Both the position numbers and the translations under genes were made by a program. Positions 52,401 through 60,944 of a DNA stretch of 64,000 bases are shown here, one piece after another. Each line of letters opens with the position of its first letter. The first letter of the stretch is position 1. Under the pieces are notes generated by a model, which did not search any database, was not told the DNA's origin, and worked only from the letters and a program-made list of their open reading frames with translations. The DNA is from Geosiphon pyriformis uo1 (Eukaryota > Fungi > Glomeromycota): contig JAAOMT010000523.1 of the NCBI GenBank assembly GCA_016748015.1, positions 525,757 to 589,756 on the forward strand, read 5' to 3'.

Positions 52401-55109
52401 GCATACAACAGTGCTTTCAATAAATGTTACCACTACCCTCATAATGCTGAAATAATTTTTGACTTAGCAATGGCATTGATCAATAGAGCCACCCAAGAAG
52501 ATGTTTGCCAAATGAAAGAAGCTAAATACATTGAGTATACTATGGAATTAGCTGGATTTGATTATGAAGATAAAGTAGAAACCTACCACCAAATTGCAAG
52601 TCACACATATCCGACCAAAAAAGCTCAAATTCAATGATTAGAGCAAATAAACATTCAATTGTGTGAAGAATGTGTTATGCCTTGTGATGACCAATGGTGT
52701 TTAGAATGTTATGCTCTTAGCATTCCTCTGCTGGATGAGAATGATGAAAATGAAATCGAATTTGGAGTATTTAAACTAGTAGAAAAACTACCAACCACCC
52801 CATTCTATCTTCTTAAAAAGCAACTACCTCTACAACTTAAATATTTTGACAACCATGGCCAAGGAATCAGACCAGAAAAAACACACAAAATTGATGCCAG
52901 ATATGACCTAAGATACCCAGAAAAAGATACTTTGGTTCTCCAACCAAAGTCTTTGACAAAAATCAATCTCAAAATTGCTCTTGAAATTTCACCTAAAGCA
53001 ATAGTTCAAATTGCCTCCAGATCATCATTGGCAAGCAAAGGAATCAATATTAGAGGAGGAGTTATAGATGCAGGATACATTGGAGATATTATCATCATGT
53101 TGCAGAATGTAACAGACAAACCATTTAAGATTGAACATGCTGAAAAAATTGCTCAAGCAATTTACCTACTCTTAATCAATATTTCGGGTCTACAATCAGT
53201 TAACAACAGAGAACAATTGGGAAAAAGTGAAAGAGGAATTCAAGGTTTTGGTTCAACTAGACGATTTACAGTTCTAGTAAACATAGCTCTTAAAATACAA
53301 AATGAATCTCATCAGATTCTTCAACTTCCCCAACCAATTACTATTTCACCTTTTGGAGAACATCACGAAATTTACACTTGCTCAAAACCCACTACTACCC
53401 AACAAATCTTTGAATCCAATAAACAAATCTGTTTGAAGCATGAAATCTCAATTCCAAACATTTATATTTCCAAAGGAATAAAAAAATTTTGAGTTACATT
53501 TTACAATCCCAATAATTACTCTATTGTTTTATTAAACAAATTAGAGATTAGAATCATACACAGCAATATTTTTCAAGATGAAAACCCTCAAATTGTCTCT
53601 AATTTTATCGAAATTGTAAGGCACACTCTACTCCCAAATCCAAATATCATTTCCATCACTGAAAACTACCATCTTTTGAAAGAAAAACTCTCTTATATCA
53701 ACATGAGTCTCTTAGAACCTCAACAACAAAGACAATTGAAACAATTGATAGCTGAATTTCCAAATATATTTGCAAAAAACAACAATGATCTAGGAAAAAT
53801 GGATATTGTTCAACATCAGATCCATACAAAAGATGCTCCACCAAAATGTCAGCAAGCTTACAGAGTGCCACCTGCCAGTTACCAATTCATCAGAGAAGAA
53901 GTCCAGAGAATGCTTAATAACGGATTGATTCAATCATCAAGAAGTCCTTGGGCCTCACCAGTAGTCTTTGTCAAAAAGAAAAATGGAAAAATCAGATTTT
54001 GTGTTGACTATTGCCAATTAAACAGTGTGACAATTGGAGATGTCTACCTTCTTCTAAGAATTGATGACATGTTAGATGCTTTAGGAAAAGCCAAGTTTTT
54101 CTCAACTTTGTACTTAGAAAGTGGCTACTGACAAGTCGAAATGGACCCAAAAAACTGACCCAAAACAGTATTTACCACCCAAGGAGGAAACTATGAGTTC
54201 AATGTTATGCTTTTTGGACTCTGCAATACACCAACAACATTCCAATGACTCATAGATGTTGTATATAAAGAACTCTTATGGCAATCAGTAGTTGTTTATC
54301 TTGATAACACTAATGTATACTCACCAAGCTTTAAAGCCCACCTCATTCACCTGCAAAAAGTTTTTCAATGATTATGGAAAGCAAGATTAAAGTTAAACAT
54401 TGAAAAATATCACTTTGGAAAAACAAGCTTGATTTTTCTTGGACACATAGTTAGTAAAGATGGAGTCAAACCAAATCCAGGAACAATTAGTGCTGTCAAA
54501 AACTTTCAAACTCTCAGAAATACCACTGAACTACAAGGATTTATAGGATTAGCCTCTTACTATCAAAAATTCATAAAAAAATTCTCAAAAATTGCCAAAC
54601 CACTCAATTATCTTACCAACAAAAATGTGCCATACAAATAGACTGAAGAACAACAAAAAGCTTTTGAAACTCTCAAAACAAAATTGACAACAGCCCCAGT
54701 TCTTGCTTACTCAGACTTCAACAAACAGTTCTAATTAGCCACTGATGCTTCACACATAGTATTTGGTGTCATTTTATCACAATTAGATGAAAATGGGCAA
54801 GAACAAGTCATTGCCTATGCTAGTAGAACACTCAAATCAACAAAACTAAAATATGGCTCAACTGAATTAGAAGCTGCTGCAGTCATCTGGGCTCTTAAAC
54901 ATTTTCAACAATATCTGAAGAATGGAAAAGAATTTAACATTATAACAGACAATATTGGTCTTAAATGGCTCAATAAAAAGAAAATTGAACAAAGTACCAA
55001 ACAGTCTTGATGGAATGACTTCTTAGCAGACTACAAATATATTGTACATCACAAACCAAGAAAAATACACACTAATGTTGACAGCCTCTCAAAGATGAAA
55101 CAATATTAA
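49485..55109 (+). pseudogene. ORF1 of element A: Gag (CHYCGIPGHWKQDC), protease, Cys-rich domain, dUTPase, RT, RNase H in one frame
   Basis: ORFs at 49485, 50112, 51222, 52659, 53676 and 54429 are all in the same frame; SPWASPVV, RFCVDY, YLDN (from YLDD), ATDAS. Confidence 0.92.
52836..53261 (+). pseudogene. dUTPase domain (family A) with all five motifs
   Basis: DARYDL, ASRSSLA, GGVIDAGYIG, KIAQAI, ERGIQGFGST. Confidence 0.93.
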
Positions 55110-55165
55110 TACCAACATCAACACCAATAAACTGAACAGCAGAACAAACAACAAAATCAACAACA

Positions 55166-56550
55166 ATGAATCCAGAAAACTACAACAACATCAAAAACTA
55201 TTTGGAGACCCTCACCATGCTAGAAAATTGGTCCCCAAGTAAAAAACATCGATTACAACACCAATTCAAACAATATTTTATACACCACAACAAAATCTAT
55301 TACAAAAATCGTAAAAACCCAAACCAACCACTCAGATTAGTACAAGAAAATGAAAAAGAAACAATTTTATATAACATGTACACAGATCCGGCTTCAGCAC
55401 ACTTGGAAAGAGATGGAACAATTCAAAGAACTCTTGAACATTATTTTTGGCCTTACATGCAAAAAGACATTTGATAATATGTAGAATCTTGTGATAGTTG
55501 TTAAAGAAGAGGAGAAACTCACTCCACAGAACCTTTAAATCCAATCAAAGTTGGACAACCATTTGACAGAGTTGGAATTGATTTAGTCGGATTATTATCT
55601 ATCACAACCCAAGGAAATTACTATATTGCAGTAGCAGTAGATTATCTTACCAAATGACTTGAAGCTAGAGCCATCCAAAGAGCAGATGCAAAATTAGTAG
55701 CAAATTTTATCTATGAAGACATTATTTGTAGACATAGATGTCCAATTGAACTCTTATCTGATCAAGGAACACATTTTGTGAACAACTTGATACAAGAAAT
55801 TTGTGAATGATTCAATGTCAAAAGACCTCTATCATTGCCTTATTACTTTCAAACAAATAGACTTGTAGAATGTTTCAACAGAACATTGTGTAAATCATTG
55901 GCCAAAATCTCAACAAATTTTGAGCAAGAATGGGATATCTTTATTCCATCAGTGTTATTAGCATACAGAATACTTAAACAAGATACTATGAAACACACAC
56001 CATTTGACCTTACTTATGGAAGGACAGCAACATTACCAATTAATTTCACAGTAAAAACATACCCAGTGCAACCAATTAATAAAGAAAACTTTCAAAAAAC
56101 ACTTCAAAGAAGGGCCTACACTCTTCTCAGTACACTGGAAGGAAAAAGAAGAATAGCAGCAACTCACATTGAACATTCCCAAGCTCAACAAAAAAAAAGA
56201 CATGACAACAAATTACCACCCATTATCAACGAATTAAAGTTGGAAATAAAGTTCTCTTACATAGAACTAAGGCTGAAAAACAATGGAGTGGAAAATTTGA
56301 AAACAAATAGGACAGACCATTTTATATTCACGAAATTTTAGGCAATGAATTATACAAGTTAAGACTTGATGACAAAATACTAGCAAAAGTTGCACATAGA
56401 GACAGATTGAAACACTATTATTTCAGAAACAATCCTGAAACATTAATTCCACAAATTGGTACATATTCCTCTTTAATTAATTCTGAAGATATTCCCCAAA
56501 ATTTAGAACCAATAATTATAATAGAACAACAACCAAACTTAAACACTTAA
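55166..56550 (+). pseudogene. ORF2: integrase, family A
   Basis: Own ATG, in a different frame from ORF1; VGIDLVG, LSDQGTHF, LVECFNRTL. Confidence 0.88.
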
Positions 56551-56692
56551 ATTTTACAATAATTCTCTAATAAAAACACAAAGACAAAAATAGTAAATAA
56601 TTACAAAACACCCAAAACCAAAAACAAATAAAAACCTCATATCCAAAAATAATTTTCTTTATTCTCTCTTTTCATAATTAGTCAATTTTATC

Positions 56693-57398
56693 ATGATTAT
56701 TCTCCGAAATATTCAACAAATATCCCAAAAGTTAATGTTAATCTTGAAAATACTTCCTGACTTATCCATAATGATTAATGGAAGTCAAATTAATTATATT
56801 CAGAAAGAAACCACAGCCCCAGTAGCAAATTATTCACAGAACTATCACTCCTATAAAAAAAACAAGAAGTCACTCTGAAAATAGGTTACCAAGACTTTTA
56901 AAGCAAGCACTAGAAGAAAATTTTTTAATTGCTCCTATTGACATTCCACCAAATACTACAATGCAACAAAAACTTCTACTACTTTTCAATAAACAGAACA
57001 ATGAACACACTTCTATTTATAAATACTTTCACATTGGAAAGACACTTTATGAACGAAAACTGGAACTTGAAACAACAAATCTTACTCCTAAAGCTATAAA
57101 AAAACAAATTCATAATGAATTCAAAACAGCAGCTGGACCAACAAACACTTACTACAAACTTAGAGCAGCTTTTAGACTCTATGATTTGTTTAATACTTGT
57201 GAAAATGTTCTACAAAATCTAATACTGCAACCAATGAAAGTCCAATACATTGGCAAACTCACAGAACTGAAATTTCAACAATTTTCAGACCAGATTACTT
57301 CAATTATTTTAGATCACTATCTCAATATCATAGATAGTGCTTGGACTTTGATAGAGCTCAGTCTTGAGAAGAAGATTATGTTACCAGTAGAATTTTAG
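56693..57398 (+). pseudogene. ORF3: accessory protein, family A (one frameshift)
   Basis: ORFs 56693-56878 and 56961-57398; YFHIGKTL...RAAFRLYDLF...VQYIGKLTE. Confidence 0.75.
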
Positions 57399-58368
57399 CT
57401 ATTAATTAGCATGAAATTACCCTTATAATTCCTATAATTAATTAGTATATTAATATCATTTCAAATTATCATTTATTATTTAATCAATTATTACATATCA
57501 CGATTTAATTAAATAATCCAATTAGTATAACAGAAAGTAGGATGATCAAATTACACAATACCCTGAACTTTGTAACATTCAAAAATTCGCCAAAATTTAC
57601 AGAAATTCGCTGAAATTTATAGAAATTCGCCAAAATTATGAATAGTTCACCCAAATTAATCAATAGTTTAGCAAAATAACTTGTAGTCCATCAAAATATA
57701 TCTTTAGTTTGCTGAAATTTGAGCAAAGAAAAAAAGTGCAAGTTCATAAACTAGTACTACAACAAGTTGTATAAAAGAAGAGCTTTTTTCTTCAAGAAAA
57801 TGTATCTTACTTTAGATTTATCACTTAGAACCATTTCTACACACACAAAAAGAAATAAATATCAAATAATTCGAAAAACCAAATTCTTTAATTATTGCAC
57901 TTGGAAAATTCTCAAAACCCAATTAACGTTTTAAAATTGATTAGCTACCAATTTCAGTAAACTGTTAGTGACTCCAGGCCTGGATAGAAAACGTTTCCCT
58001 TGACAGAATTCAATTTCTTTTATATTTTTTTTATTTATTTTTTATTTTCTTATTATAATAATTAGGGTAGCCTACAGACAAGATTCCTATAGAAGAGTTG
58101 ACTTTCACAGCAAAGTAACTACACATTTTTAGTAAGCTTCCAGATGAGCAATTCCTGGGAAAGAGTTGATGTTTACTATAACATAACTACATAAAGTAAC
58201 TGGCAAAGAATTGACCATTTCACTTAGAAGCCCAGCAATTCAAATTATCTCCTATAATTTGAAGATAAATTCAGTTACTGGAGGTCCAACTACTTCCTGG
58301 AAACGTGAATTTACAGCAAATCAACATTAACAACATTCAAGAAAAGAGACCAAAAACCTCTGATAACA

Positions 58369-60549
58369 GTGTTTTTTAGCTCTGTTCTAAGATATTCAAT
58401 GATAGTATTTTCCAGAATGTAGACAGGTTTTTCTGTGATGTTTGCGATAAAAATTTTTATCCATTGAATTTTATCAGCTGGAATAAAAAGATTAATAAGT
58501 CCTATAAGAAACTGTTGGCAAGTTTCTGAGTAGAGCTTAAATATTAGGTCTTTTTCTTTACTTGTCCTTCTTATTCTTATTTCTGATTTTCCATATAGCA
58601 TAAATGTAATGGGCTGCTCAGTTTTAATTAATTCGCTTTTTTTTTTTATTGTTTCAGCAAAATTTGCTTCAATTCCTTTTTCTGTTAATCCAAAATCATA
58701 AATTCTTCTCATTGTTTGTGTCAATTCCTCTCAATTTTCCACTGGTACAAATTTCCAACTTTTACTAATGGTATGAAAATTGCTTGTGCAATCTTTTCCT
58801 TAAATTCAATAGTATAAAATTTTTCTGAATTGTTCTGTAGCAAAACCATTAAATTTCCACTGTAGCCAGAGTCAATTACTTCTCCTTGAATGCTTATTCT
58901 TTTTTTTGCGAGGCTTGATTGTGATGCTATTTGAACCATTATTCCTGGTGGAATTTCAACTACTATTTTCAGATCGATTTTGGTGATGCTCCTAAGTGGT
59001 AACATTGTGCATTAGTCTTCTGGATAATGTAGATCAAATCTGGTGTTGATTGGATGGGCTCTTTTAAGTACTATTCTTAAGTGCCTATTGTCATAGTACC
59101 AGATGCTAATCTTCTAATCTAGATTGGTATAGACTAAAATATTTTCTGACTTGGGACCATCAGATGAGTCTTGTTGATTTATTGTACTGCTGATTCTCAA
59201 TTTCCATTTTTCTTGTCAAGTTCCTTTTGTATTGACACTCTTCACAATGCTGACTTTGGCACAGAATAAGACAATTTTTGCAAAAGTAAATGTTGATCTG
59301 GGCAAAATACTGTTCTTGCTCTTGGCGAGTGAGACACAGCTGTTAATAATTTTCTTAGAATTCGTCCACTGGGTCAAACATGTTATAGCTGGCAACTTTA
59401 TTGGCTATTTTGGCTGACACTTTTCAACATTGTATTTTTTCGGTGGTTCTTTCTCTTACTTTGGCTTGTACAGTGTTGTATAACTTATTCTTGTCATGTG
59501 GCTAGTGCTGTAGTCTTCTTAATACTCTGTTGAACACTGCTTTGAATGGCATTTTTCTTCTTACCCAGTTACAGATGAGGATCATGTATTGGCAAGTTGC
59601 ATCACATGTTCCTTCTTTGTCTGGCTTGTTGATCCAGTTATACTCTTTTGGTAATAGTTCTCCACAAGCGAGACATGGTTCTTCATCTCATTTTCTGTGT
59701 CTTTCTGGGTAACCATATTTTTTTTTGTTACAATAATTACAATAGTAGTGTGTGAGGTTTCTTGGGTCTTTATTTAGTGCATTGCACACAGTCATGGATG
59801 AGAGTTTTTTATTGCAAACTGAATATTTCAGTTTTGGTTTGTGTTGCTAGCGGTTTTTTTGTGAACTTACCTGGTTTCATTCGGATCTTTCTTTGTTCCT
59901 CCAAGTTGGTATGACCAGTAGTCCTGTTCTTTGGTTATTAGCTTATGAGAGCTAATAAGTTTTAATGGCTGGTAGGGCTGGATTTTCTTTGAATTCGAAG
60001 GTAGATCTTTGGTTGGTACTGGGTTTTTGAAAGTGGCTACATGTGGCTGAAATTCTGGCATGGTGGCTATTATAATTAATAAGAAGCTCTTGGGTGGTCC
60101 AGTCTAATGTGGCATTGGCTTTTGTTAACCAGTCATTTCCTACTAACACTTAATATTGTGTAGTGTCCATTACTAATACTTTGTAAGTATTATTATGCCA
60201 TTAATTTCAAAAGGAAATAAGTCGATTTTGTCATGAGGCAGCTTGATACTTCTATCAGCTGTTATAATTTGGAACGTTGCAGTGTAATCAACTTTGAAAC
60301 CCAGTTGGTTTATTAGTTGAAGCGTCACAATGCTTTTAGTGGATCCACTGTTTAAGATGAGTTTAATTGGCATGTTGTTTACTTTTGCTTCCATGTACAT
60401 AGCAGTAATTGGGCATTTTTTATCCAATGCTGCTCCACTAAACATAGTCTTTTTTTTCCTCTAATTCAAAAAAAAAATAGCTACGAGGCTGCTATCTTCT
60501 ATAATAATAGCTGGTGGTATTTTTTGAATCAAGTTCTGGCTATTAGTAA
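58369..60549 (-). mobile_element. Internal fragment (protease, Cys-rich domain, dUTPase) of a related element, probably family D
   Basis: LILNSGS, LVGNDWL, IASQSSLA...VIDSGYSG...KIAQAI. Distinct from A and B; family assignment inferred. Confidence 0.82.
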
Positions 60550-60944
60550 TGTTACAAGTAATTATTTGGGATCTTAAATCAAATAATAAACCTGTAACTT
60601 GGTGCTTAGTATCTTGATGGTGGTAGTATTAGTACGTTGGTTGTATCTGAAGATTTTGAGTTGACTTCTTTGTATAATAAACAGAGATTCAATGGTAATC
60701 TTCTTCATAGTCTCCCGGAATTGCAATTCCATCAAATTTTTTTCTCAGCATGGTGGCTGGTAATCTTGGCAGAAATGTCCTTCTGGTAAGCTATCCTTAA
60801 ATTCTCAATTTATATATCTTTCTTTTGGGGTCTTTTACCAGACTATTCTTGACATCAATAATTTAGCACTTTTTTATCAATTAGTAAACAACAGTAAAAT
60901 CAAAGAAAAAAAATAAAGACAATAAAGAAAATAAGCCAAGGTGT
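60550..60944 (-). mobile_element. Partial B-type LTR (U5 end), interrupted by a family A LTR
   Basis: tgttacaagtaattatttggg terminus, homologous to 10522 and 40299. Confidence 0.85.

Larger units (their letters stand above)
48457..58368 (+). mobile_element. LTR-to-LTR Ty3/Gypsy-type element, family A (LTRs 48457-49437 and 57379-58368); flanks do not form a TSD
   Basis: Paired ~980-bp LTRs, PBS at 49440, PPT gagaagaaga, complete domain set. Confidence 0.93.

Noticed and set aside
56693-57398. ORF3 as an envelope gene or chromodomain
   Set aside because: Too short for Env, with no signal peptide, furin site or TM helix. No chromodomain aromatic pattern, and it is separated from IN by a stop.
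57925-58000. Hammerhead ribozyme in the family A LTR (aacgttt...hairpin...ttagtga-tccaggcctgga-ta-gaaaacgtt)
   Set aside because: All four copies have TTAGTGA rather than CTGANGA, and 8 extra nt separate it from the would-be stem I. Structured, but not a canonical hammerhead.
5952-60944. Strict CpG-targeted integration
   Set aside because: At least two target centres lie in conserved His or probable Met codons (CA, TG), so only a general YR preference is supported.
58369-60944. Identical gtgt after one A LTR and before the next, as evidence of one insertion event
   Set aside because: The 4-mers face inward and belong to different host sequences; explained by target preference or chance.
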